From positions 1-64,000 of the IMG/VR virus record IMGVR_UViG_3300029723_000002: a DNA stretch of 64,000 nucleotides. One strand, 5' to 3'. Of this stretch, positions 29,977 to 39,661 are shown piece by piece. The notes under the pieces were generated by a model, which ran no database searches, was not told the origin of the DNA, and was given only the letters and a program-made list of their open reading frames with translations. The translations under genes were made by a program, and so were the position numbers. This stretch comes from a virus. The first letter of the stretch is position 1; the number at the start of each line of letters is the position of its first letter.

Positions 29977-30978
29977 ATGAATTTAAGATGTAATTCCTGT
30001 GATGGAATATATGGAAGTTTAGATATTCGTCTTACTAAAAGATGTTATAATAAATGTCCATTTTGTATTGAGAAAAAATCTAGTGTAAGTACAAGAAGGA
30101 AAGATCCTGATACTGAAAAAATGTTAGATAATATTCTTAATATAAATCAGGATTTAAGAAGTACTTTGATTCCTAATCAGGATATAGAAAGTGTTTTAAT
30201 CTTAGGCGGAGAACCATTACTTTATTTTAAGGATTTAATAAATCTTATTCACGAAATTAAGTTACTTAGTAAGTTAAAAGTCTATGTAACTACTTCTTTA
30301 CCTGCAGATCTTGTTACATATCCTCAGTTTGAAGAATTAGTAACTAGAGCTGATGGAGTTAATATCTCTTATCATTCAGGATGGAAAGGAACTAACGCTG
30401 CAGTATATTATGGATCAAAATATAATACTTACTTAGAAACCAAAAAGAAAGAATATCTAGTTAAGATTAATAGATTTAATTCAAATAAGATTCGAATTAA
30501 TCTTAATCTTAGTAAATGTGGTGTAAACTCATTAAATGGTTTAAGGTATGCTCTCAATACTTTTGCAGAATTAGGCTGTAATTGGGTAAAGATCAATGAA
30601 CTTCAAGACAGTCCTGAATACTATGTATCTTTTGAGGATCTTACTGAAGAGGATCTACCATCACCATATGCTCATGGATGTGAATCTGTTCTTTATTATC
30701 AAGGACTCACATATTCTCTTGATTCCAATCTAAGTCCAGTAAAACCTGCTCAGTATCATCGTGAAAACCTTCCAGATTGGTTAAAAGGAATTAAATTACC
30801 AGATCTCATTACTCTTAAAAGAAGTTGTTTTCTTACTGAGCCAAGTCGAGAAGCAACTTTATCTGATTTAACTAAATTAATTCTTAGAAAAGTGTTACCT
30901 TTGTCTAAGAAAAAGTTCAGAGTTATGTATGAAGATGGATCGGTTTATAATAGTTGGTTAAAAAATGAAAAAGAATAA
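29977..30978 (+). CDS. radical SAM domain protein
   Basis: CYNKCPFC is a CX3CX2C motif and ILGGEPLLY matches the GGEP motif (QueE/anaerobic RNR activase-like). Confidence 0.55.
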   Translation: MNLRCNSCDGIYGSLDIRLTKRCYNKCPFCIEKKSSVSTRRKDPDTEKMLDNILNINQDLRSTLIPNQDIESVLILGGEPLLYFKDLINLIHEIKLLSKLKVYVTTSLPADLVTYPQFEELVTRADGVNISYHSGWKGTNAAVYYGSKYNTYLETKKKEYLVKINRFNSNKIRINLNLSKCGVNSLNGLRYALNTFAELGCNWVKINELQDSPEYYVSFEDLTEEDLPSPYAHGCESVLYYQGLTYSLDSNLSPVKPAQYHRENLPDWLKGIKLPDLITLKRSCFLTEPSREATLSDLTKLILRKVLPLSKKKFRVMYEDGSVYNSWLKNEKE

Positions 30979-31085
30979 ACTTATTACGAGGATTGCAAGA
31001 TTTATAGCTGGAGTTAGAGAATGTCATCCTACTGGTAAATGCCACAGCTGGTAATTAACAATTTTTAATTTAACAAATAATCGTT

Positions 31086-31334
31086 ATGACAAAAGAAGAA
31101 TTTGAAACAGCAACCACTATTCACAGTAAAATGTTGCAGTATAAACGATTATCAGATCTTCTTAAAGAAGCTATAAAAAGTAGTAGGATCACGTCTGTAC
31201 AATTTCGTGTTTCTCATGGATCGCCAATTGAATTTGCTGATAATGGACTAGATTTCTACTCACTTCTTACAAAATTACAGGAAGGACTAGAATGTCTTTA
31301 TGAAGAAAATAAAGAAGAATTCAAGAAATTATAG
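31086..31334 (+). CDS. hypothetical protein
   Basis: Track ORF. Confidence 0.4.
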   Translation: MTKEEFETATTIHSKMLQYKRLSDLLKEAIKSSRITSVQFRVSHGSPIEFADNGLDFYSLLTKLQEGLECLYEENKEEFKKL

Positions 31335-31572
31335 TAAAGATAAAAGTACTAAATAAAAAAGAGGATAAGTGGAGATCTGTGAAAACAGTTAACTTGAAAA
31401 CTAAAAAATAATGGCTAAACGTATGAAACTGCCAAATCCTTTACTTGGTTTAGTTCGGCCTGGCGGGGAACGTTATATTAAGACTGATGTAGAAAAACGG
31501 AGAGAAGCACGAGAAAGAGCCGAAAGAAGAGCTCCAACTTTGGCATCTACAAAGTCAACAACTAAAAAATAA

Positions 31573-31968
31573 ATGAGAGAACTTAAAATACTAAGTATAG
31601 CAGTAGTTAAATATGTGCCTATCATCCTAAGTATCTGTATTTTAGGAGCAATAGTAATACATTACTGGTTGCCTAGTATAGAATTCGTTAATATAATTTG
31701 GATGATATACTATGCTTGCCAATTGTGTGCATTTTTGATTTTATCATTAACTTTCAAATTTTGTATATATCATCGGCTTATAATTTATTATCTATTTTTA
31801 ACTTTTGCTATATTAGCTTTAGATTCTATAATTGTTCTGCCTATTAGTGTTTTTACATTTAATACTATTTTAGTAATAATTTCTGGTATTACTCTAATAG
31901 CAGTAATCATAACCTATCTCAAGTATGGAGATAGAAAGATAAGTCAGAAAGATAAATTAACAGATTAA
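31573..31968 (+). CDS. polytopic membrane protein
   Basis: Track ORF with 4 predicted TM segments. Confidence 0.4.
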   Translation: MRELKILSIAVVKYVPIILSICILGAIVIHYWLPSIEFVNIIWMIYYACQLCAFLILSLTFKFCIYHRLIIYYLFLTFAILALDSIIVLPISVFTFNTILVIISGITLIAVIITYLKYGDRKISQKDKLTD

Positions 31969-31999
31969 TCTGACTTTTTATTTATTAAAATGCAATAAT

Positions 32000-32182
32000 A
32001 TGAAAGCATTTTTAACTGGTTTATTTATGTTTGTACTTTTGTTAAGTATCGGCAGTATTGGATACTTATTCTTCTATGGAGAGATTCTGTTTGGAATTGT
32101 ATCTACAATCTTAACATTAGTGTCAGGTATTTGTTTCTTTACAAAGGTACCTTATCCAAATGTGAAAAATATTACAGAATAA
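32000..32182 (+). CDS. small membrane protein
   Basis: Track ORF. Confidence 0.35.
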   Translation: MKAFLTGLFMFVLLLSIGSIGYLFFYGEILFGIVSTILTLVSGICFFTKVPYPNVKNITE

Positions 32183-32222
32183 GCTTACAGAGGAGTAGAA
32201 ATACTCCTCTTTCTTATTTATT

Positions 32223-32453
32223 ATGGAAAAGATAAGTGAAAATACTGTTAGAGATAAGGATCATGCTTACACTCGAATTGAAGGATTATTAGACCCTCGT
32301 TATTACAATAATTGTTATAGATGTGCACTTTATCCTACTTCTACAGAATGCAGAGAATTAACTCGTATATTAGGTCCTTGTAAAGAATACCACTATTTTA
32401 AAAGAATTATTTTGATAGATAAAGATGTCGTCCAAGAAGTTCAAATTATCTGA
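32223..32453 (+). CDS. small Cys-rich protein, member of a tandem paralog set
   Basis: CYRCALYP...C...C. Confidence 0.4.
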   Translation: MEKISENTVRDKDHAYTRIEGLLDPRYYNNCYRCALYPTSTECRELTRILGPCKEYHYFKRIILIDKDVVQEVQII

Positions 32454-32658
32454 ACCATCACCACCGATTTACATTGAAAATAAGATATATCAGTTAGTGT
32501 TTACTGGAACAAATTCCTGTGATGGGTGTGTCTTTTATGAAAATAATGGAGAAAAATGTATAGCATTATCCGAGAAGCACTTAATCTTATGTAAACCTCG
32601 CCATATGTTTGTAGAAGTAAAGAACAAAGATAGCTTTATTTTAATTGATATTATATAA
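32425..32658 (+). CDS. small Cys-rich protein (paralog)
   Basis: NSCDGCVFYENNGEKC. Confidence 0.4.
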   Translation: MSSKKFKLSEPSPPIYIENKIYQLVFTGTNSCDGCVFYENNGEKCIALSEKHLILCKPRHMFVEVKNKDSFILIDII

Positions 32659-32852
32659 TGAAAGAGTTTGAAATGATTAAATCTTGGAGTAAAGACTGTA
32701 TTGGTTGTTATTTTTTCCACAAACCTGGTAGCTGTCTGCCTAAGTTTAAAAAATATAACCTACCTGCATGTATTCAAAGTGGAGAACATTATATTTTTAA
32801 ACTTAAATCAGAGACCCCTCCACAAAAAATTATTAATATTATAATTGAATGA
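32658..32852 (+). CDS. small Cys-rich protein (paralog)
   Basis: DCIGCYFFHKPGSC. Confidence 0.4.
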   Translation: MKEFEMIKSWSKDCIGCYFFHKPGSCLPKFKKYNLPACIQSGEHYIFKLKSETPPQKIINIIIE

Positions 32853-33052
32853 TAAATGATGTATTTACTATAAACGGTAAAAAATATTATCGTATTGAAA
32901 AATCGATAAGTAATTCTTGTAGAGGTTGTGTATTTTTTCCTCATTTATGTAGTACTTCAACAACTGAACTTTATAAACACCAAGATCTCTTTAAGACATA
33001 TATCTTCAAAGGAATTGATGATCTAGATATAATACCTATAACAATAATTTAA
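32849..33052 (+). CDS. small Cys-rich protein (paralog)
   Basis: NSCRGCVFFPHLC. Confidence 0.4.
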   Translation: MINDVFTINGKKYYRIEKSISNSCRGCVFFPHLCSTSTTELYKHQDLFKTYIFKGIDDLDIIPITII

Positions 33053-33122
33053 TTCTATAGTTCAATGGATAGAATATCAAACTACGAATTTGAAGATTAA
33101 GGTTCGATTCCTTATAGAATTA
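33051..33122 (+). tRNA. tRNA-Arg(ACG)
   Basis: Acceptor aattcta/tagaatt. D-arm gttc-aatggata-gaat. Anticodon stem tcaaa/tttga with loop ctacgaa. T-arm taagg-ttcgatt-cctta. Confidence 0.6.
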
Positions 33123-33138
33123 CATAATACTTAATAGT

Positions 33139-33348
33139 ATGAAAGTTGAAATTAATTTTGGTTTTGTGTTCTTAGTATTCCTTGTTTTAAAGCTTACAGG
33201 GCACATTACTTGGTCATGGTGGTGGATTACTTCACCAATATGGATTGGATTTATTCTATGGCTTATTATAGGGATTTTTGGCCTATATTTGACTAACAGT
33301 AAATCTTATAAACGGAGAAAAATGTTTAACCACCTTAATAAAAAATAA
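33139..33348 (+). CDS. small membrane protein
   Basis: Track ORF. Confidence 0.4.
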   Translation: MKVEINFGFVFLVFLVLKLTGHITWSWWWITSPIWIGFILWLIIGIFGLYLTNSKSYKRRKMFNHLNKK

Positions 33349-33746
33349 TGAATATTTTAAATCATTTGGTTGATTATGGCGAGTCAATTACCTTATTTAA
33401 CCCTGACATTGTTTTTATTACTTGTGTAAAAGAGCAAAAAGCAAGATATACTGCATATCATAATAAAAAAGGTTGGTATATTATTGATGATACAGCAATA
33501 TTTAAGCCTGAAAAAATCTATATGGATGATAATGGATTTTTTATTGACCGTTTCACTCCATATTATATAAATGATGAAACAAATGATGTTTATGAATATC
33601 CATGCGTCAATATATGTTATAAAGTAGATGAAAACAAGTTTGATAACATATATATTTATGCTAACGATATAGACGAGGCAAATAGTCTCTATAATAAGAT
33701 ATGCGCCAGATATAAAAAAGGTATGAATAAAATTACATTTGGCTAA
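33348..33746 (+). CDS. hypothetical protein
   Basis: Track ORF. Confidence 0.4.
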   Translation: MNILNHLVDYGESITLFNPDIVFITCVKEQKARYTAYHNKKGWYIIDDTAIFKPEKIYMDDNGFFIDRFTPYYINDETNDVYEYPCVNICYKVDENKFDNIYIYANDIDEANSLYNKICARYKKGMNKITFG

Positions 33747-33997
33747 TGAAAAAACTAGTAGTTTGCGATAGCGTTCGGTCTGAAACTTTTGATATAGGAA
33801 ACTATGTAGCTGCCTGTATTCAAGAATTAGGTAAAGAGTTTCCTACAGAAGATTTATCAGTAATTACAAATCTCCCTAAAGAATATTTCGAACAGGAAGA
33901 TGTAATCTTTTATATTGTTGAATAAACTAATTCACTATAAATTAAATAATTACCCAGAGGGGGGGGGTATATTACTTCTCTCTAAAGAGTAAAAATC

Positions 33998-34300
33998 ATG
34001 AAAAATATTGAATCACCAACAAGAACTATTCTTAATCCTGGTGAGTATATTGTTGGGCACATTGAAAACTATCCAGTAATTTATGTAAAGGATAGAGATA
34101 TTTTATTTTGTAAAAATACAACAGTTAAATATCCTCTAATTAAACAAATCTTTGATTCTGGAGAAGATAAACATAGAATTGAAGAAAAATCCTTAACTAT
34201 TACTAAAGAAGCTCACTTTGTAACATTAGGCTGTCTTGTTACAGATAGAGCAAATTGTAAAACAATACTAAAAAATACTAAAAAGATTAAAAATGAATAA
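33998..34300 (+). CDS. hypothetical protein
   Basis: Track ORF. Confidence 0.4.
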   Translation: MKNIESPTRTILNPGEYIVGHIENYPVIYVKDRDILFCKNTTVKYPLIKQIFDSGEDKHRIEEKSLTITKEAHFVTLGCLVTDRANCKTILKNTKKIKNE

Positions 34301-35714
34301 TTCTATTGTTGGTGTTAAAAGTGCAATGCGTAGTACTGTTTCTAAACATGAACAGCTGCAAAAAGCAAAATTTGTAGAAAAAGCTTCTGACAAGACTATG
34401 AGATATGCTGATTTCTTAGCTTATGTTGAGAATGAAATTAAGCAGTCAAAGGTTATGGCTACATTTAACTATAATTTCCCATGTTTTAAAAACGATGGTG
34501 TTTTTCAGTTAAATAGAGCTATTCAAGAAGTATTTGGATTAGTTGCTGCTATGAAAGGAGAAAGTAGTCCATCTAATGATGAAGAAGAAGCAGTAAACAC
34601 AATTGAAGTAATTCTTGCCAATGGTGAACGTGTAAAAGTTCCTTATGGAGATATTGCTCTTGAAGAGTTAGGTAAGGACAGTAAAATCTCTATTTCTTAT
34701 AATACTGATCAACATAGGCTCTATGTTAAAGGTAAATGTCAACAGAAGTATAGCACTTTGATTGATGATATTATTGATCGTACCAAATGGTTGTTAGCCA
34801 ACGAATCTATTTATCGAGGACAGGCTCTTGAAATTACTGATCCTTCAGAGCCAAGTATTATGGATTTGTCAAATATTCATAGTGAGAAAATGATTCTCTC
34901 AAGGCAAATTAAGTATGAACTTCAGCCTTTAGAATCCCGAATTTTACACCCAGAAATTTGTATTGAAAAGGGAATTCCTTTAAAGTTTGGAGCCTTGTTG
35001 GAAGGACCGTATGGCAGTGGTAAAACATTGATAGCTTTTAAGTTAGCTGCAAAAGCTATTCTCAATAATTGGATGTTTGTATATTTGAAAGATCCAACTT
35101 TGTTAGCTGAAACTATTAGACTGTGCAAAGTGATTGATAATACTGGATATGGTGTTATCATCTTTACTGAAGATGTAGATCAGGTAACTCGTGGTGATCG
35201 GGATGCTGCAATGCAAGATATTCTGAATACGTTGGATGGTGGTGATACTAAAGGTATGAATGTAATTACGTTGTTTACTACTAATCATATTGAACTTATT
35301 GAACCTACTTTCCTGCGAGGGAAGCGTATTGGTTCAGTAATTTCTTTAGGGTCACTTGATGCCGAAACAGCTGAAGTATTTGTTAAAGAGGCATTTAAAG
35401 ATGGATATACTCTAAAAGGTGATTTTACTAAAGTTTACAAACTTATTGAAGAGAAGAATATTGTACCTGCGTTTATGGCTGAAATTGTAGAGTCTGTAAA
35501 AGGACATATGATTTTTATGGATAATAGTACTGAAGTTCTTCCTGAGTATATTGAGAGTTCAGTGAATTCTTATCTTCGTCAGGTAGCTCTTTCTCATAAG
35601 AAAGATATGAATAAGAAACCTGAAGAAATCTTTGTAGAGTCTCTGCAGCAAATTATTGGTAAGGAGAAATTAGAAGATAAAGTTGACAAAATCTTCAATC
35701 TTCTTAATGAATAA
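34293..35714 (+). CDS. AAA+ ATPase
   Basis: Walker A GPYGSGKT. Walker B VIIFTEDVD. Sensor/arginine region TNHIELIEPTFLRGKR. Confidence 0.55.
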   Translation: MNNSIVGVKSAMRSTVSKHEQLQKAKFVEKASDKTMRYADFLAYVENEIKQSKVMATFNYNFPCFKNDGVFQLNRAIQEVFGLVAAMKGESSPSNDEEEAVNTIEVILANGERVKVPYGDIALEELGKDSKISISYNTDQHRLYVKGKCQQKYSTLIDDIIDRTKWLLANESIYRGQALEITDPSEPSIMDLSNIHSEKMILSRQIKYELQPLESRILHPEICIEKGIPLKFGALLEGPYGSGKTLIAFKLAAKAILNNWMFVYLKDPTLLAETIRLCKVIDNTGYGVIIFTEDVDQVTRGDRDAAMQDILNTLDGGDTKGMNVITLFTTNHIELIEPTFLRGKRIGSVISLGSLDAETAEVFVKEAFKDGYTLKGDFTKVYKLIEEKNIVPAFMAEIVESVKGHMIFMDNSTEVLPEYIESSVNSYLRQVALSHKKDMNKKPEEIFVESLQQIIGKEKLEDKVDKIFNLLNE

Positions 35715-35720
35715 AAAAAT

Positions 35721-35750
35721 ACACAGAGAGATATTTCTCTCTGTGTTTGT
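35721..35750 (+). terminator. terminator-like hairpin
   Basis: acacagagag-atattt-ctctctgtgt, then ttgtgg (weak T-run). Confidence 0.4.
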
Positions 35751-35830
35751 GGTATCATAGTTCTACCTTTACGTTGGTGATACTATAAGTAAATATGAAT
35801 TGAAACTAAAGAACTGCTAAATCTGTTAAT

Positions 35831-36397
35831 ATGGAAATTATTTGTCAAGAAATTATTCACTTTACTACTAAAGAAGAAGCTCTGTATGTTTTAGGAGAGT
35901 TAGAAAAAAGAGAAGAAATAACTCTTAATGATGGACAAGCATCCCTTACTAAGTGGTTTACAGAAAGAGGCATAGAGTGGTATTCAAGATTGTCTTCAGA
36001 TGAAGAAGGAATTATTCTTGTAGGAGAGAAATATATTGAGAAAGAAAGTCAAGGTGTAAAAGCATTCTTAGGATCATTAAGTAATAAGAACTGTAATGAG
36101 TATGATTTTAAATCTGAATTTGAATCATGTTCTGATACTTTTAAGTTAGAATATTGTACTTATAGTGAAGCTTCATCTTGGGAAGATAGTAGTACAATAG
36201 ATACTGGTTTTAACTATGACGTATATGATGCAGAAGACAATTTAGTGTTTACTATTAGAAGTCCTAAAGAATTAGAAATTCTATTGCGTACTGTTATGAA
36301 GGATCATGTTAGTTACTATTCTTATGTAAACGCTAAGAAGGTTACAATTAATGAGGATCATGATATCGATTATTATGATCAAATATTTTCATTTTAG
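35831..36397 (+). CDS. acidic hypothetical protein
   Basis: Track ORF. Confidence 0.4.
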   Translation: MEIICQEIIHFTTKEEALYVLGELEKREEITLNDGQASLTKWFTERGIEWYSRLSSDEEGIILVGEKYIEKESQGVKAFLGSLSNKNCNEYDFKSEFESCSDTFKLEYCTYSEASSWEDSSTIDTGFNYDVYDAEDNLVFTIRSPKELEILLRTVMKDHVSYYSYVNAKKVTINEDHDIDYYDQIFSF

Positions 36398-36399
36398 GA

Positions 36400-36663
36400 A
36401 TGTACGACGTTGGAGATATCGTTAAAATTAGAAGTAAAGAATGGTTTGATTCTCAATGGTTTCCAAATCATCACCATAAAACAGATTATTCTAGTGCATT
36501 ATTTATTCCAAATATGTACAAGTTTTGTGGTAAAACATTTAAAATTGAAAGTAGACTGAGAATCAGAAATGATGAATATGTATATTTTTTAAATAGTGAT
36601 CCACGTTGTTCTTTTACTGCACCTATGTTTGAACTTGTAATACAGTTTCCCATTATAGAATAA
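36400..36663 (+). CDS. hypothetical protein
   Basis: Track ORF. Confidence 0.4.
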   Translation: MYDVGDIVKIRSKEWFDSQWFPNHHHKTDYSSALFIPNMYKFCGKTFKIESRLRIRNDEYVYFLNSDPRCSFTAPMFELVIQFPIIE

Positions 36664-36758
36664 ATTTAAGTAAAAACTTGTATAAATATTTGGTAGTATT
36701 ATTAAATTAACCTATATTTGCGGATACAATTAAGTACTATTCATAGGCGATTTAAACT

Positions 36759-36832
36759 TGCTCGTTAGTGTATTTGGTTGTGCACGCTACGCTTTGACCG
36801 TAGAAGTTAAAGTTCGAATCTTTAACGAGCAA
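36759..36832 (+). tRNA. tRNA-Gln(UUG)
   Basis: Acceptor tgctcgt/acgagca. Anticodon stem ctacg/cgtag with loop ctttgac. T-arm taaag-ttcgaat-cttta. Confidence 0.6.
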
Positions 36833-36861
36833 CTAATAAAATCACATAAAACTAAATAAAA

Positions 36862-37107
36862 ATGACGGCTGTTATTCTTTTTATTTTAATCGTACTATTG
36901 GTTCTCTGTGTTTATTTCTTTATTAGAAATTGTTATGTATATCAATTCCGCAATCAGATTATTGACCGTATTTTAGATTTTGAAGAATACGATTCTCTTT
37001 TTGAGGTATATGAAAATGTAAGTTATAATCAAATGGTACTTTCGTTTAAAAGATTAATATTAGAAAATTGGTATCCAAAAGAATTTTGTAATAAATTAAA
37101 GAAATAA
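36862..37107 (+). CDS. small membrane protein
   Basis: Track ORF. Confidence 0.4.
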   Translation: MTAVILFILIVLLVLCVYFFIRNCYVYQFRNQIIDRILDFEEYDSLFEVYENVSYNQMVLSFKRLILENWYPKEFCNKLKK

Positions 37108-37115
37108 GATATTAA

Positions 37116-37197
37116 GCCAACTTCGCATAGTGGTCGATTGCACGGATCTTGTAAGTCCGACCTTATAGGCACGTCAGTTCGAATCTGACAGTTGGCT
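37116..37197 (+). tRNA. type-II-bodied tRNA (3-bp D-stem, 13-nt variable arm) with anticodon loop cuUGUaa (UGU), one U longer than a Tyr GUA loop
   Basis: Acceptor gccaact/agttggc. D-arm gca-tagtggtcgat-tgc. Anticodon stem cggat/gtccg. T-arm gtcag-ttcgaat-ctgac. Variable region accttataggcac. Confidence 0.45.
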
Positions 37198-37205
37198 CAA
37201 AAAAT

Positions 37206-37544
37206 GTGTTTAATATGAAAAATAAAAATATTGTTAGTTATAACGTTATTACATACGATTTTAATAAACGTTATATGACGCATTATGATATCATGCCTTA
37301 CCTGATAAGCTGTTATGAATCAGTAACGAAAGCTGAGCATCCTAAAACTTTTGAAGAGTTTAAACAGTTTATTATTGATGAAAGTCGCTATCAGTGGTGG
37401 TCTAGATGTGAATATGAAGTAATTATTTCATCGTGGCCTGGACAGCAGGTTGAAGAAAAATGGGACGTACATAAACAAGTAATGATGAATATTGATGTTG
37501 TTACCAAAGTATTTATGGAAAATATTGCTAATCTAACTAAATAA
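37206..37544 (+). CDS. hypothetical protein
   Basis: Track ORF. Confidence 0.4.
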   Translation: MFNMKNKNIVSYNVITYDFNKRYMTHYDIMPYLISCYESVTKAEHPKTFEEFKQFIIDESRYQWWSRCEYEVIISSWPGQQVEEKWDVHKQVMMNIDVVTKVFMENIANLTK

Positions 37545-37909
37545 TGGAAGATAAACTATTAACCCTTACTTTATCTACTAAAGAGTGGAAACATATTATT
37601 GGTTCTTTGGATGTAGATTATTCTGAAGTTAGCGATTGTGATCCAGCTGAATTATCTAATGGGATAATTTACAGAGTATTACCAAGACTTTATGAGATTG
37701 ATAAAGATCTTCCTGAGGCTTGGATTAAATATGTTAAGAATAATCCTCCCTCGGTTAAAGAAATTTTACTATACTTGGATAAAATTGGTTGGTCTAACCT
37801 TATTGATGAACGATGGATAAAAAAGGTAACTAATGATATTAAAGAAGAATATCCAAATATTACAGAGGATATTTTAAATAAGGTATTAGATATAATTATA
37901 ATTAAATAA
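37544..37909 (+). CDS. hypothetical protein
   Basis: Track ORF. Confidence 0.4.
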   Translation: MEDKLLTLTLSTKEWKHIIGSLDVDYSEVSDCDPAELSNGIIYRVLPRLYEIDKDLPEAWIKYVKNNPPSVKEILLYLDKIGWSNLIDERWIKKVTNDIKEEYPNITEDILNKVLDIIIIK

Positions 37910-37916
37910 TTTACCT

Positions 37917-37990
37917 CGGGATGTCGCCTAACGATATGGCGCCTGATTTGGGATCAGGAACTAAAGATGGTTTGACTCCATTCGTCCCGA
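37917..37990 (+). tRNA. second tRNA-Pro(UGG)-like gene with a non-canonical T-loop (tttgact) and a D-loop lacking GG; possibly a pseudo-tRNA
   Basis: Acceptor cgggatg/cgtcccg. Anticodon stem cctga/tcagg with loop tttggga. Confidence 0.35.
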
Positions 37991-38011
37991 CTAATTAATT
38001 ACTAATAGATT

Positions 38012-39148
38012 ATGAATCCCATAAAATTAGACTTTTCTTCTGATATTTACCAATTTGGAGAAGATATTTCTGCTGCTCGATTGCATGCAAAACTCTTTAA
38101 TGTTATTAGTTCAAAAATTAATATTATTGTTAATACAGAGGGAAATAAGAAATTAGATAGAATTGGTTTTACCAAAAAGTTTCAAGAGCTTTATCCTTAT
38201 TATCAATATCAAACTGCAGCATCACTTGGGCATGATGGCAAAGATATCGAATCGTTAATAGAAGAAGACAAATCTCCAAGTTTTCTAAGAGCATTTGATG
38301 ATGAGGATGCTTGTAGTTTTGTCGCAGTTGACATTGAAAACAAACGTGTATTTAAGTTCAGTGATAAACTTTTTACTATTTGTTATGATATCTCTGATTT
38401 TATAGAAGTTCAGAAACTGTTACTAGTATGTCAAAATCTTTTAAATAGTTGCATCAAAACGGCTAATAGTGTTGCTAAAGTTAATGTAATTACTTATGAT
38501 GGTCAGGATTTTGAATTAGTTAGTTGCAAAATTAATTCTAATATGCCTATTGACTATGATAAACATTATAATGATGATTTCAAACCTATTGCGAAAAAGA
38601 TCGATGAATTTATTGAATCTATAGATTCTGGATTAATAATTGCTCATGGTGTTGCTGGAACTGGTAAAACTACATATCTTAGGCATTTAATGACTCATCA
38701 TAATAAAAAGTTTATTATTTTGAGCAATGCTTTGATGAATAATATTGCCGATCCATCATTTATCAAGTTTATTTTAGAGCAAAAAGACTCCATTCTCATT
38801 CTTGAAGATTGTGAACAATTACTTCAAGATAGAAAAAATAATGCTTTTAATAATGGAATTGCAAATATTCTTAATATGACAGATGGGTTGTATTCTGATA
38901 TTTTAAATATTAAGATTATTGCAACTTTTAATGCTGATATTAAGGATATAGACCAAGCTTTATTAAGAAAGGGTCGATTAGTAGCCAAATATGAATTTGG
39001 ACCGTTATCTGCAGATAAAACGAAAGCTCTAATGAAAGAACTTAATAAGTCTGATGATCATCCTACACAAATGACATTAGCTGATATTTATAATTTTGAA
39101 GATATTACGGGAGGAGAATCCGTAAGTAGAAAAAAAATTGGTTTTTAA
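38012..39148 (+). CDS. AAA+ ATPase (classic AAA core)
   Basis: Walker A HGVAGTGKTT. Walker B ILILEDCE. Second region of homology with arginine LLRKGRL. Confidence 0.55.
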   Translation: MNPIKLDFSSDIYQFGEDISAARLHAKLFNVISSKINIIVNTEGNKKLDRIGFTKKFQELYPYYQYQTAASLGHDGKDIESLIEEDKSPSFLRAFDDEDACSFVAVDIENKRVFKFSDKLFTICYDISDFIEVQKLLLVCQNLLNSCIKTANSVAKVNVITYDGQDFELVSCKINSNMPIDYDKHYNDDFKPIAKKIDEFIESIDSGLIIAHGVAGTGKTTYLRHLMTHHNKKFIILSNALMNNIADPSFIKFILEQKDSILILEDCEQLLQDRKNNAFNNGIANILNMTDGLYSDILNIKIIATFNADIKDIDQALLRKGRLVAKYEFGPLSADKTKALMKELNKSDDHPTQMTLADIYNFEDITGGESVSRKKIGF

Positions 39149-39160
39149 ATAAGTAGAAAT

Positions 39161-39325
39161 ATGAAAAAGTATTTTATAGTTGTTTTAGTAATGATTACTG
39201 TTACTGTAATGAGTTGTATTGGAGTATCAAATAAAACTACTGAAGTTAAAACTGACTCAACAAGTATGATTGTTGATTCAACTGAAGTAGTTGCAGATAC
39301 TACTGCGGTAGACTCTATTCAGTAA
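39161..39325 (+). CDS. small lipoprotein (about 54 aa)
   Basis: MKKYFIVVLVMITVTVMSCIG has a signal peptide and a lipobox Cys. Followed by a terminator. Confidence 0.35.
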   Translation: MKKYFIVVLVMITVTVMSCIGVSNKTTEVKTDSTSMIVDSTEVVADTTAVDSIQ

Positions 39326-39346
39326 CAATTATTATTCTATAGTTTT

Positions 39347-39379
39347 TAGCTGTTAATTTTTATTAACAGCTAATTTTTT
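39347..39379 (+). terminator. rho-independent terminator
   Basis: ttagctgttaat-ttttt-attaacagctaa, then tttttt. Confidence 0.55.
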
Positions 39380-39394
39380 CTAAATATTTAGATA

Positions 39395-39658
39395 ATGGAT
39401 ATTAGAACAGATCCGTTAATAACAAAAGAATTTATTGACGAAGTATCCTCAAATATTGCTGCATATCGGAAAGAGATTACATGGTCTAGTAAAAATGGTG
39501 ATGTATACACATTAGCTGATTTAAATAGTGGTCATTTGATTAATATCATTAAACTTATAATAAGAACTAGAACCAGGGTGGAAATCTTACCTGTACTAAA
39601 GGCTGAGTTAAATTATAGAAATAATCTTTCAAAAATATCAATTATTACGATTATTTAA
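39395..39658 (+). CDS. hypothetical protein
   Basis: Track ORF. Confidence 0.4.
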   Translation: MDIRTDPLITKEFIDEVSSNIAAYRKEITWSSKNGDVYTLADLNSGHLINIIKLIIRTRTRVEILPVLKAELNYRNNLSKISIITII

Positions 39659-39661
39659 ATA

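Noticed and set aside
34922-35288. Minus-strand track ORFs 34922..35161 and 35103..35288
   Set aside because: They are antisense within the AAA+ ATPase gene 34293..35714, which has clear Walker motifs.
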